Positions 9,406-24,400 of a stretch of 64,000 nt of DNA are shown piece after piece. The stretch's first letter is position 1; every line of letters starts with the position of its first letter. The DNA is from Candidatus Woesearchaeota archaeon. GTDB lineage: Archaea > Nanobdellota > Nanobdellia > Woesearchaeales > SKIA01. The stretch is from NCBI GenBank assembly GCA_046704725.1, contig JBJKRI010000008.1, positions 6,191 through 70,190 of the forward strand. The letters are read 5' to 3'. Under the pieces are notes generated by a model. The model searched no databases. It worked only from the letters and a program-made list of their open reading frames with translations, and was not told the origin of the DNA. A program made the translations under genes and the position numbers.

Positions 9406-12400
9406 ATGAGGTCGGGTATGGGAGAGAGAAGGCTACTTCTCGGGGGGGCCGTAGGGCTCTTGTTCGCAGTCGTGATTCTCGTACTGCTCAGTGGCTTCCA
9501 CTGCACTGCCGGGACCCATACCTGCACGTTCTCCGGCATGCAGCAAGCGACCCCCCAAGAGCGGAGCGCTCTCTCCCATCGCCTCCATCTTCCCGTTTCG
9601 TCGTACACGATAGACCCGCTCACGAACGCGAGCACCGCCACCTTGACCGACGGCGGCAACACCGTCACCCTCGAGGATATCCCTGCGGGCGCAGAACCGT
9701 ACGTGCATTTCTCCCACAACGATCCTGCAGTGCGATCAGAGGTCATTAATGGTGTCCGGGCGCATCGGCAAGCAGCGACGATATCCCTGCGAGCGAACGG
9801 ACCGATACAGAGCATCGGTCAATGCGAGAACTTCGACGAAGAGCTAGAAAAGTGCGACGGCGTCTGGAAGGCAACGACGATCCCGTTCACGCAGAAAGGG
9901 GATGTCATCTCGTTCCACGTGGATGGATTCAGCGCCTACGCGGGCCTCTCGAAGCAAGGTCCGAGCTATGTTGGAGCGCAGAGCGCATCCCCGGTGGTCA
10001 CGCTCATCAGCCCGACGGACGGCCTGAACACGACCGACGGGAACACGACGTTCGAATCGAACGTGACCGACGACTACTACGTGGAGAACGCGACGCTCTA
10101 CACGAACAAGACCGGGACCTGGTCCCCCCACGAGACGCGATGGAACGGGGAGATCCCCTACAACGACTCAGGCCTGCTCGTGCTCTTGCACCTCAACAAC
10201 GAGAGCTTCGTCGGCGAGAACAGCACGCACGTCTATGACTGGTCGGGGAACGGCAACAACGGCACGGTGGACGGCAACACAGCACTCAACGCATCAGGGG
10301 AGTTCGGCAATGCCTACACCTTCTACGGCGGCGGAGCGGACCACATCGCGATGCCGGATGGGATGCTCGACTCGCTCAGCAAAGGGACTGTCAGCTTCTG
10401 GTTCCATCCGGGTGGCACGAGCCATTCCTACCAAGACATCTTCGGCACGCACGGTTCCAGCGGAGGAGCGATCGAGCTCGCCTATATGCCCGGGTCCGGC
10501 CAGACCATCTGGGAGAACGGCGGCACCGGAGGATGCACGGGAACGCCCATCTCGCAGTCCTGGTCCATCAGCAACCCGAACAAGTGGCACATGTACACCT
10601 TTGCGGTGAACGGCTCCGGGACGAAGATCTATCTCGATGGATCCTTGGTGTACTCGAACGCGTCTCTCACGTGCTTCTACAGCAATTTCTCGCAATCCGC
10701 GACGACCTACTACTCACTGGGGTGCGGAGCCACCACCACGCCGACTTGCTATAGCCCTGAGGTGTATGAAGGCAGTCTCGACGAGTTCTCGATCTGGAAC
10801 AGGAGGCTCAACAGTTCACAGATCGCCGCGCTGTACAACTACACCAAGACGTCGCTATCGCCGGCCTTCCAGAACGTATCCCTGACCCCCGGAAATTATT
10901 CCTGGAACGTGAGGGCCGAGGATAACGACACGAACATCGCGTGGGCCGCCAACAGGACGCTCAAGATACGGGCGCCGCCGACATACACCCCAGGGGTCAC
11001 GCTGCTCAGCCCGGCCGGGAGGAACTTCACGCTCGACCGGACGCTGACCTTCACCGCGAACGCGCAGAGCAATAGCACGCTGCGCTACGCGCAGCTCTAT
11101 GTATGGAACAGCACGGGCGGAACGGCCGTGAACGGGAACATCTGGGCGGGCAGCGACTCCGCAGGGGGGCTTGGGAAGACCTATCCCGACGGGACGGAGG
11201 TCAACTATACCGCTGTCGCGGCGGCGGACGGTGACGGCGTCGCGTTCGACGGCACGTACATCTGGTCCACACAGGAGGAGAACGGAGACGTCTCGCGCAC
11301 GGCGCTCAACGGTAGCACCACGATGTACCCGACCATACTGTACGCCGACCATCATATGCTCGCGGTCGGCAGCGGGACGGTCTGGGCGACGAACCCGACC
11401 CACGACGCCGTGACGAAGATATATCCCAACGGGAGCACGGTCAACTACACCGTCCCCGGACAACCAGGCGATATCGCATCGGATGGGACGGACATGTGGG
11501 TGACGTTCCCCGCGAACGACTCTGTAGCGAAGATCACGCCGAGCGGGACCGTCACGATGTACAACGGAACCGGCTCCGAACCGTTCGCAATCGCGTTCGA
11601 TGGCACGAACATGTGGGTCGCTTGCTACGGCGACCAGATCATCACGAAGGTCGCTCCGAACGGCACCATGACGAACTACAGCGGATCGGGATACAAAAAC
11701 ACCAACGGAGATCTTCCTGGAGCGATGGCGTTCGATGGCACGAATATGTGGACTGCGAACGGGCTCGGGCACTCTGTGACGCGGATCGCTCCCAACGGCT
11801 CGATGACGAACTACTCCCTAGGAACGCGCAGGGCGCAGGGGATCGCTTTCGACGGCGCGAATATGTGGGTGGCGGACGACGGCTCGAGCACGGTGACGCG
11901 CATCCTGCCGAACGGCTCGTACACGGACTTTCCGACCACCCTCCACCCGGAGACCGTCACCTTCGACGGCGCGCCGCTCGCGCCGCTCTACCACTACAAT
12001 CTCCTCTCCGGGAATACAGAGAACACGTCATTCAACTACACGTTCACCAAAGGCGGTACGTACACCTGGAACGTGAAGATGTGCGACCAGAACGGCATCT
12101 GCGAGTGGGGAACGAACAGGACCATCGCGGTAGACCCCCTCAAGACCATCGCTTTCGTGCAGGAAGCGGGGAATACCCTATATGCCTCTAGCAATCTCAG
12201 CTCGCAGACGTTCACGAGCGACGTGACGCCAGGAGACACGATCATCGCGATTGTGAGCTGGGACCCGAGCGGCGGCGGCTCGCAGAGCCTGAATATCACT
12301 GACGATCAGGGCGACACTTTCCAACAGGCGAGCGCTTCACCGCAAGTCAATCAATCGGCGTTCAGCCAGACCGCGACGCTGTTCTACGCGCTGAACGCGA

Positions 12401-15400
12401 CGGGTGGCCCGACAAATGTCACGGCGACCTTCGGGGCGCAGCGGTATTTCCGCTCTCTCACCATCCTCGAATACGCCAATGTCTCAACCACGAACGCGGA
12501 GGACGACTCCGTTAGCACCGCGAAGACCACGGGCGTGGTGAACCCTGGGACCCTGAACCCGACGCAGGAAGGGGATGTCGTGGTAGCGATGGGGGTTGCA
12601 GGGAATAACACGTTCACGCATCGTGAAGGATTTACCCTTCGCCGGCACGACAGCACGGATGAACTGGATGTTATCGATTCCATCCACAACACGTCATCAC
12701 CCATCCAGTCGTACTGGACGACGCCGAACAGCAGCTACGCGGCGATCGCAGGAGCCTTCAAGGCGCAGTCCTTCACATCCATAGCGACCCAGACCTGCGC
12801 TCCAGAGTGGTTCCAGTCCCTGAGAGTCACTGGGGTGCTCACCTGCGAGAACACGACGATCTCAGCGACATCCCTGGATATCACGTCCGGAGGGCGCCTC
12901 ATACTGCGAAACGCGACGCTCATCACCGGACAGAGCACGATCGACGGAAGCCTGACGGTACACAACAGCAAGAACAGCGTCTGGCAGAACAGCAACCTCA
13001 CCATCAACGGGAACTACACGCTCGACAACAGCACGCTCCACCTCAACGTGAGCACGAGCGGAGCATTCGGCATCACCGTGAACACGAGCGGGCACCTCAT
13101 CCTCGCGAACAACAGCAACATCACCAACGGCGGCGGTAGCGCGAGCTCGTACATCGTGGTGAACGGCACGCTCACAGCGACGGACAGCGTCCTGGAACAC
13201 CTCGGAACCAATTCCATCGCAGGAATCACGGGCAACGGAACGTACTCCTTCGAGCGCGCGAACATCTCTGGGAGTATGGATGCGAACGGGAAGCTCAATT
13301 TCCTCGACTCGACGCTCAACACCACGCTGAACACCGCGATGAAGCTCGAATCAGGGAGCGACGGGAGCGTCATCAACAACAGCAACGTGCAAGGTGCTAT
13401 CACAGTCCTCAGCCTATTGACCTCCAACACGAACATCACGAACTCCCGATTCTACGGGCTCGTCGGATGGAACACCGGCTCGAACCCGAACATCAAGTTC
13501 GACCACAACAACCTGACAGTGACAGGGAACGGCGGCATGCGCTCATACTCCGGCAGCGGACGGACGATGACGAACGTGCGCATCGACGTGATCGCAGGCA
13601 ACACCGGCGTACGGACGGGATTCCAGACGGACGACCTGGAGAACTTCACTATCGTCGGTGAAGGGAACGGCGTCGGGCCGGGGACGATGACCGGAGCGAA
13701 CTGGACGAACTTCGTCGTGAACATGACCGGAACGAACGATCCCGTGAACTTCGGAGGATGCACGGGCTGCACGCTGAAGAACTGGACGGTCATCGGCAAC
13801 GCGTCTGGACACGCGCTCATCACAGGGACGGGCGTGACCGACACGCGCTTGGACGATCTGAAGCTCGAGATGCACGCCGCGAACATGGTCGGCCTGAATG
13901 TCACAGACACGGAGAACGTGACCATAGAGAACGGAAGCATTACATCGAACAGCACCGGAGCGACGGGGATCAACTTCGTGGAGCAATCGACGAACCACTC
14001 CTCGTACACCCTCGTGAACACCACATTCCTCTCGCTCGACCAGAGCGGCTGCAGCGCAGCGACCAATTGCACCGCGACGGTGGAGTGGTTCGCGCGGGCC
14101 AACGTCACGGACAACCAGGGGGCGGACGTTTACGGCGCGTCGGTGAATATCACGAACGTGACAGGAAGCCTGGTCTCGAGCACGACGACAGACATGAGCG
14201 GGCTTTCCCCCTACGAAGCTGTGATCGCCTACACGCTGCATAACGGCGTCGAATCCACGCAGAACAATCACACGGTCAGCGCCAGTAAGAGTGGCTATTC
14301 CGGGAGCACATCGGTGAACGTCACCGGCACGACCACCGCCAACCTGACCATCACGCAGCCGGAGACGGTCTGCGTCAACGAGACAGGGGTGTGCTGGACG
14401 ACGATACAAGGAGCGATCGACAACGCCACGTCCGGGCAGACGGTCGTCATCACGGACAACCGGACGTACAACGAGAACCTGAGCACCAGTGTTCCGCTCA
14501 CCATAACGAGCAATGGCACAGAGATGCCGATGATATCGGATCAGGACGCGACAGCGATACAAGGGAACAATCTCACCATCGACCGCGTGCGCATAAACGT
14601 CACCGGCAGTGCTGCGAACATCTATGGTATTCAAGGAAGCAACAACACAGTGAGGAACACTGTCCTTTACGTCAATACCAGCGGTTCCGGGGTGGCAGCG
14701 ATATCAGGCCCATCCGGTCTTATCGATATCAATCATACCAACATCACTCTCGCTGGAACGGTCAACGGAGTCGTCGTCGGGAGCTATGGGAAGAACGGAT
14801 CATTACGTATCGACCATACAAGGATAACAGGAAGCACAGTGTACTTCTTGGGATTGTATTTCCAAGACGACGTAGACCTACGAAATACTTTCATTAACGG
14901 AACCGGTAGAGGCGTGCGGCGGTCCACCAACGGAAATACCCTCATGAGGAACATGACAATACTCACGAATGGAAATGCTATTTCGGCGGGATCGAATAGC
15001 GGACCGCTTACCGTTTGGAATAGCCTGCTGAACGCATCCGGAGGAAACGATGCCGCTTGGGTCTCCAACAGCACGAACATCTATAACTCCATCCTGGATG
15101 GTGGACTAAGCATCAAGACGTATGGGAAGAATGCTGGGCAGGGGATACGCGTCGTTAATAGCACCCTCTATTCAGGGGTCATCATTGAACCAGGTTCGGA
15201 CGGGACGATCTTCAACTTCACGATAGTCAATAGCAGCACGGCATCCATCGGTATCATGAACCACAACTGGACTGTGGGTAGCGCTGTGACTATGCAGAAG
15301 TATTTGCAGGTGCATATCAACGACACCGCAGGAATCAGCCTGTCCGGAGCATCGATTAGTGTGGCAGATATATATGGAAACACGCGTGGAACATACTCCA

Positions 15401-18400
15401 CGGGACCGACTGGCTGGATCGCAGAACAGAACATCACATACAAAACATACACCTCGAACGGGACTGCAATCAACAATGTCACCTACGATAACCATACCAT
15501 CACCGCATCCAAGCCGGGCTATTTCTCGAACAGCACGAGCGTGAACATGTCGTCCAACCAGGATGTGAACCTGACGCTCTACCCGCAGTCGTGCGGAACG
15601 CTGACATCCAGCCTCACGCTCGGCAGGAACCTCAGCGTGAACGGAAGCACGTGCCTGACCATCACGCAGCCAGGAATCACGCTCGACTGCAATGGCTACG
15701 GCATCATCGGGAATCAGGCGAGCGGCACGTATGGAATCCTCGTTCAAGGGGTCACAGGAGTCACACTCAAGGACTGCAACGTCTCGTATTTCGACTACGG
15801 CATCTATCTGAACAACACCAATTCCAGCCTGATCCAGAACGTCTCGGAATACAACAGCAATCACGACGGACTCGAACTCAACGATGCGAACAACAACACC
15901 GTAATCGGAGGGCATTTCGTCGAGAATAGCGCCGCGACCGGCTCGAACCGCATATACCTGACAGGAAACTCCCGGAACAATGTCATCGCCAACGTCACGC
16001 CATACGCGCACACAAACGGCAACCTCCTCCGCGTGGACAGCGGCTCGAGCGCAAACGCTTTCGAGAACGCGACGCTGAACAGCGGGTACGCGGGGCTCCA
16101 ATTCAACGAACCGAACATCAGTTTCGACAACGCCAGCACGTACAAGAGCGGGCCCATCTACTGGTATTCGAAAGGGAACTTCAAGACCGCCAACCGTTGC
16201 CCCGCATCGTTCGGCAACAAGACCGCGGGCATCCTCTATATGTCCGGTTGCAATGGGGCGCAGATACAGAACGTGACATTCAATGCGTCCTGCGATATCT
16301 ATGGGCTCTGGATCGACTCGATGGCCAACGCGACTATCACGAATATCAATGTTTCTGATTCTTGCTTCGGCCTGGCGAGGAACATACAATTGAATTCCGC
16401 CCAGAACACGACGATGGCCAATGTCGCGGATTCGGGCGGTAGCCTCTACATCGGCTCTGGAACATCGTCCTCGTATTTCAAGAACCTTTCCTTGAACAGC
16501 ATCTCACTGACCTCATCGAACAACGTCTTCAATAACATCACGCTTTCCGGGAACGGCGCGAATCAGAACGTCTACATAAGCAGCGGTTATAGCGCCTCCG
16601 CAGTCTTCGCGAACAGCACTTTCTCGCAGCAATACGCACCGTTACAGCTGGGGCGTTCATACGATAATATCACACTCACGAACGTATCGCTCAACAAGAG
16701 CAAGTTCGGCAGCTACTCCAACACCGGCATCACGTACGCGGGATGGTACCTCACTACCTTCGTGGAGGACACGCACGGCTTCCCGATCCCAGGCTTCACC
16801 GTGACAGCGAAGAACAGCAGCGGGGGCGTGGTCGGAACGGGCGTTACCGGCAGCAACGGACGGGCGATGATCCCTCTCACGCAGTACACGTGGAACGACT
16901 CGAACATCACGTACGCAGGGAACTACTCGATATCCGTCAGCAAGACAAATTTCACCACCGAGACGCAGAGCGTGAACATGACGAACAACACGCAGCTCAA
17001 CTTCACCTACACCGGACATGTCTGCGTGAACGAGACCGGGGTATGCTTCGGCACGGTACAGCCCGCCATCGACAATGCGACGGCCGGGCAGACCGTCGTC
17101 ATCACGGATAACGGGACATACGCGGAGACCGTCAATATCAGCAAGAACCTCACGCTCGCGAGCAACGGGACGGGGCTCCCCACAATCCTCGGGGATGACG
17201 TTTCCGCTGTCAATTTCGAGGGGCCTGCGACCGCTATCCTCGTGCGCAGGCTGAACATCAGCCTCGAAGGGAGTGCGGCCAATATCCATGCGATCGACGT
17301 CAACACCAATCAGGCGCTCAACCTCACCGATGTCGATATCTGGCTCAACGTCACCCGAAGCGGGGCCTACGCTATCCGCCACGGCGGAACGCCGGCCAAC
17401 AGCTATTTCGACCATCTCAATATCACTGCCGTCAACGCGACATGGATGTTCGGTGGATGGGACTCAGGGACCGGCGGCATCTTCATCAACAACAGCCGGT
17501 TCGTAGGACACTCGGGGATTGCCGTATCAGCTTATGTGATTGGTGGGATGTATAACACCTACGCGAATGTCACGAGTTACGGCTTCGGCACGCATCTCGC
17601 CCCCCATGCGAACATCACGAACGTGACCATCTACTCTCTCAGCGGGTCTCTCGCCTTGGGGGACTATGATACGGTCATCGATGCATATCTCAGCGCATCG
17701 TCCGGGTCAGCGCTAGCCCTTGGCAATTGGACGTATGCCCGGAATCTTACGCTCGTCGCTCCAGGCCATCACGCGATTTACTCGGTCACGGGCTACATGC
17801 CCGTCGTCGCCGACACGAACGTGGTCAGCGGCGATCTGTACATCAACTCCTACCAGACGAACCACACGCCACAGAACATCACGCTTGTCAACACGAGCAT
17901 CACGCCATCACTCGTGGTAGCGGACTTCTGCGACGCCAACGAGATCTGCGCCGGGTACCTGCAGAATTATCTCCACGTGCACGTGAACACGAGCGAACCG
18001 GTCACCAAGCACATCGGGATAGACAACCAGAGCTCGACGATATTCTCCCTGAAGAACTCGAGCACGGTCTCCATCAGCACGCGGGACGCCAACGACGTCA
18101 TCGTGGTCCTGGCGGCAGCGGAGAACGCCTCGGCGTTGGGAAGCACCACGCCGAACGTCTCGTCCATATCGGACACCGCGAACCTGACCTGGTTGAGACG
18201 CTCGAACGTGACCGTCAGCAATGTTGACGGAGAGGTGTGGTACGCGATTGCCCCGAACGTGCTCAACAATGATAGTATCAATGTCACGTTCAACATCTCT
18301 GGAACCGTCGACGATGCATCGCTCCTGGTAATCGCCGTCGCGAACGCGAGCACAACCTCGCCATGGGATTCTGACACCTCGCTCCCTGCTATCAACACCT

Positions 18401-21400
18401 CAACGACCGTCAGCATACCGAATGTGTCCGGCGTGTCGACAAGCAACGCAAACGACATGCTCCTCGGATTCCACTTTAGCGGAGGCGCGAGCGGGTCGGC
18501 AGTGTCGCACCAGTATGCCGGGAGCGGGTTCACGCTGATCAATGATTCCACGAACTATAACGGCTACAACAGTGTTGCCGCTTCGGCAGAGAACAAGACG
18601 GTGAACACCACGCAATCGAACATCTCGGTGTCTTTCGGGAACACGTCCGCGTCAGGCACGCGGTGGATCATGGTCGCTGACGCCTTGCGACAGGCGCCAG
18701 CGGCATCAAGCATATCCGGTGCGGCAGTCACGGTCACTGACAACGCCGGAACGGTCACGCAGACCAACACGACAGACTCGAACGGGGATATCCAGCGACA
18801 GAACGTCACGTACTACTACGGGGGGCAGGTGCTCGGGACGACAGTGAGAGACTACTACGACAACCACACCATCACCGCGTCGAAGGCCGGTTACTTCTCG
18901 AACAGCACGAGGGTGAACATGTCGAGCAACCAGTACGTGAACCTCACGCTTCGCCCGCAGGCGTGCGGGCCCATGACGACGAGCCTGACGCTCGACGCGA
19001 ACCTGAGCGCGAACGGGAGCACGTGCCTGACCATCACGCAGCCGGGAGTAACGTTGGACTGCAACGGATACAGCATCATCGGTAACGAGACTGCGAACAC
19101 GTACGGTGTGCTCGCCCAGAATGTTTCTGGAGTGACCGTCAAGAACTGTCAATTCCATAACTGGGGAGAGGCAATCTACGCGAACTACACCAACGACAGC
19201 TATTTCACCAACGACAGCGTGGGAGAGAATATCGGGAGTTTCCCGACATACTACGAGAACGGCGTGTACTTCTACGCCTCGCACGGGAACGTTCTCTCAG
19301 GAGGGAATTTCACCTACTCGGGTTCTCAAAGCTACTATTCGAGGATCATCCTCACTGGAAACTCGACGAACAACACGGTAGCGAACACCACGCTCTACAC
19401 GACCAGTGGGCGGCGCACCGTGAACATAGGATCCAATAGCGAGCAGAACCGTTTCGAGAACGTCTCACTCGAAGGTAACGATGAATATAATATTGGCAAT
19501 ACCAACAACAGCTTCGACAACGCCAGCACACATGACGGAGCGCCAATCCTCTATTATTCAAAGGGTAACTTCGAACCCGCGAACCAATGCCCCGCCACAC
19601 TCCATGATACCTATGCTGGATTGCTCTTCATGGATGGGTGTGACAATGTCCAAGTGAACAACATCACCATCAACGGCACTGCAGAGTACGTTGGTGTGGA
19701 GCTGCGGAACCTCAACAACGGCACTTTCACGAACATCAACGAGACGGGTATGGCTTATCTCACCGCAAGTGGGTTCTACCTGTCGTCCGGTGTGACCAAC
19801 AGCACGTTCAAGAATATCACGATGAATAAAGGGGCATTCTCCTTCGATTATTCGGACAACAATCTCGTGCAAGGCCTGACCTCGAGCGTGCTTGGGTACA
19901 CCGCTGCGCAAGGAAACATCGTGACAAACGGGACGTTCAGCTCCACCAACTGGATCGTGTACGCCACTTCAACTCCAACCGAAAATATCGTCGCGAATAG
20001 CACATTCAACCCCGCTGCACAGCCACTCTACGTGAATTCCAACTATGGGAACTACACCTTCACGAACGTCTCGCTCAACAAGAGCCAGTTCGGGACGTAT
20101 ACACGCACAGGAATCACATACGTCGGATGGTATATGATCGCTCAAGTAAACGATACGCACGGCTATCCCATACCTGGATTCACCGTGACTGCAAAGAACA
20201 GCACGGGAGGGACCGTCGGCGTAGGGAAGACTAACGCGGCTGGTCAGGCGTGGATTCCCCTCACGCAGTACTCCTGGAACAACTCCGTTATCAGTTATCA
20301 AGGGAACTATTCGGTATCCGTGAGCAAGTCGGCATTCTCCACACAGACGCAGTCCGTGAACATGACCAGCAACAAGCAGCTCAACTTCACCTTCCAGGGC
20401 CATGTCTGTGTTAACGAAACCGGAGTGTGCTTCGGGAGCATACAAGCAGCAATCAATAATGCTACTGCCGGTCAGACCGTCGTCATCACGGACAATGGTA
20501 CCTACAATGAAAACATTACCATTCCCGCCTCGCTCACCTTGACGAGCAACGGCACCGGATGGCCGACGATCGACGTGACTGGAGCGACGGCTATACAGCT
20601 CGGAACAGGGAGTTACGTCAACATCAGCAAACTCAACGTCAATGATTCCGGCAGTGCGTCCGCCATCTCGGCAATCAGGTCGCAACGCTTCGGGCGGGTG
20701 CATCTAACCGATCTGAACATATATGTGAATCTGACTGGTTCGGGAGCCACTGGGGGTATCGTCGAATCAAGCAATACAGGATCGTTCTCAACATCTATCA
20801 TATCAAAGGTGAATATCTCTGGCGCTGCGGCGGCTGGATTCGACACCGAGAACACTGGTGGAGGCTCTCACCGGGGGAACATCTCTGATGTCCGCGTCGA
20901 TGGAGATTTCACATATGGCATTTATTCTGCATACAACAATAACCTCACGCTCAATCGGGTCAGTGTCAATATCACAGGAAGCGGCAACGGTCTCTTTAAG
21001 GCTTCTTCTCGCATAAATAACAGCAATATCACCGTTACGAGTGGCCACGGCATCTATCTGGATTTTGGTGTGGTGAACAACACCCGGGTCACGACGACAA
21101 CAGGGACTGCGATTCAGGCACCACAATCGAATGATAATATCACAGTGCTGAACTCTATCATCAACTCCTCCAGCGTGGGCATTCTACTCGGCGCCTATTG
21201 GAACGGAGCGACGTACGTCCAATACCTCGCTGTGAACAACACGCAATTCTTCGCGAATCCTGCGATCCAGTTCTGGGAGGACGGACACGGTAACATCTCG
21301 CAATACGCGACGATAACCAACTCGACGCAGAACGGTTCGGGCCTCCAGACGGAGGATATAGCGATAGCGGGGTTGGGCAGTTCAGTGCCGTACGTCCACG

Positions 21401-24400
21401 CATCGCTGCAAAACCCGCTCGACGCGACAGTAGACAACGGCTCGAGCAGCCCGATAGGCGGCGCGACCGTGAGCGCGACGAACCTGCTCGGATCGCACGT
21501 CTTCTCGAAGAGCACAAGCGTCTCTGGTACGATCTCCACGCAGGACGTTCCGTACCTGCTCGTCGTGTACAATAGCTCGCGCACGAACACGACGCTTACC
21601 AACCACACAATCACCGCGTCCAAGCCGGGCTACTTCTCGAACAGCACGAGCGTAAATATGAGCGCGAATCGGAACGTCGTGCTCACGCTCTCGCAGCAGA
21701 GCTGCGGGCAGATGACGACGGACCTCACGCTCAATAACAGCCTTTCGATAGATGGCGCCACTTGCCTGACCATCACCCAGCCGGGGGTCACGCTGGACTG
21801 CAACGGATACAACATCACCGGCAACGACACCGGCGGGACGTCCGGAGTCCTCGTGCAAGGAGTGAACGACGTCACCATCAAGAACTGCAACGTCACCGGA
21901 TTCTACAACAGCGTGTACCTCAATAATTCGAACCAGAGCACCGTCCAGAACGTCACCACGAACAGCTATTCCTACTATGGTGTGTTCTTCAATGCCTCTC
22001 ACGAAAATACGATACGCAACAGCTCGCTCGCAGGCGGAGCGAGCCAACCGTCCGCACGCGTATATCTCGCGGGCAACTCCACGAACAACACGTTCGCGAA
22101 CGATTCGATGTCCGCTACGGACGGCATGAAATGGGCGTGGATCAATTCAGGGTCGAAATGGAACAGCTTCGAGAACGACACGTTCACCGGCAGTTCAGGA
22201 TATTTCAATATCAACGAACAGAACAACAGCTTCGACAACAAGAGCACAGTGAACGGCGGGTACCTGTACTATTTCACGGACGGCAACTTCAATCCAGCCA
22301 ATGTCTGCCCCCCCGCCTTTATGAACATGAACGCCGGATTCGTGTACATGTATGGCTGCTCTAATGTCCTCATCCGGAATATCACCCTCAACTCCTCTCC
22401 GACCTATAGAGGTCTGTGGATCCTCAACGAACAGAACGTGAATATCAGCCGGATTACCGTTACCGATCCGTATTCTTTCGACAGTCCTGTCTTCAGTGTC
22501 ACTGGTACCGGTGGGAACTTCACCGACAGCGATGGCGGGGTTGGCTATTTGTCCGTGAGCGCTTCGCATATGCGATTCGACGGCTTAAACGTCTCTGAGA
22601 TAGCCGCTGGCGAAGTGGACAATGACCGATTCAACCAATTCCGTATCTCGGGCGGCACCAACGCAATCATCGCTCTGTATTCGAACTTCACACTGACCAA
22701 CAGCACTATCGCTCAGAATATGAAGACAGTTGTGCCGAGCTACGGCGGCTACGGAGAGATCAACTTGACGAACGTCTCGCTCAATCAGAGCCAGTTCGGA
22801 TCGTACAATAAACCAGGGATCACCAACGTCGGGTGGTATCTCATCGCACAGGTGAATGACACGCACGGATATCCCATCTCCGGTTTCACTGTCACCGCAA
22901 AGAACAGCACCGGCGGGACGGTCGGCACGGCCACGACCGGAACGAACGGCCAGGCGTGGATTCCGCTCACGCAATACACGTGGAACAACAGCAACATCGC
23001 ATACAAGGGGAACTACACGATCTACGCGACCAAGTCAGGATTCGACAATGGATCTGCGACAGTGAACATGACGAACAACACGCAACTCAACTTCACGTTC
23101 AAGGGCCATGTCTGCGTGAACGAGACCGGATACTGCTTCGGCACCATACAGAACGCTATCAATAATGCTACTGCCGGTCAGACCGTCGTCATCACGGACA
23201 ACGGCACGTATACCGAGAGCTTCACGATCGCCAAGGACCTCACGCTCACGAGCAATGGTACCGGTGTCCCGACCATAAGCTCGCATGACGCCACCCTGGC
23301 CCATCTTGGAGCTTACGGCGGGTCCTACATCACCCTTCGAAGGCTCAACTTGAGCATCGATGGGAGCGCGAGCGGCCTGCGCGTTATCTCGTTCGATAAC
23401 ACCCCTGTCGTCAATCTGACCGACGTGAGCATCTGGGTGAATGACAGCGCCAACGACGCCAGCGCTCTGTATATCAACGGCGCCATGGGCGGTGGGAGCT
23501 ACTTCAACAATCTCAACGTGACCTATGCGTCCGGGGGGAATATGTGGAGCGGCTACGGAACGGCCGGAACGATATACATCAACCACAGCAGATGGATCGG
23601 GCCGGTCGGGCATGTTTGGGGAGCCGTGCAGATAGCGTCCATGGAGAACACCTTCATGAACGTGACGACGGGAAGCGCCTGGGGATTCGCCAATGGGTTC
23701 AAGACTGGTGCCAACCTCACCAACTTGACGCTCTACGGCAAGAATGATGTCATCCAGCTCGGAGATTACAATACGCTCACGGATTCCTATATCAACGCAA
23801 CGAGCGGGCATGGGCTCTATCCGAAGAATCATGATTATATCCAGAATGTGACTGCGGACGGAACGAGCTATGGCATAGACGCGTACCAGGGAGCCAATCA
23901 GACCGTCATCGCCGATTCCCGCATATACAATGGGCTACTCATCGACTCCTACGGATCTAATCAGCCTCCGACAAACATCACGTTTGTCAACACGACGCTC
24001 CCACCATCACAGATTAGAACGAACCTTTGCGGCGCGAACGAGATCTGCGCCGCATACTTGCAGAACTATCTCCAGGTGCAAGTCAGCGAGAGTGGAGGTT
24101 CAGGGATTCAAGGCGCGACAGTCAGCGTGACGGATAATGCCAGCAGGACTGTGGCGACAGCAACGACGAACGCGAGCGGAGACATACAAAAGCAGAACAT
24201 CACCTACTACTACGGCGGCCTTGTATTGGGGACGACGGAGAACAACTACTATGACAACCACACCATCACAGTATCTAAACCGGGTTACTATTCGAACTCC
24301 ACAACGGTCAATATGTCCTCCAACCAGAACCTGGTCATCACGCTCTCGGTCAATAGGCCTCCGGTCGTCAAGCAGTTGAGCGTCACGCCGAATCCCGCCG

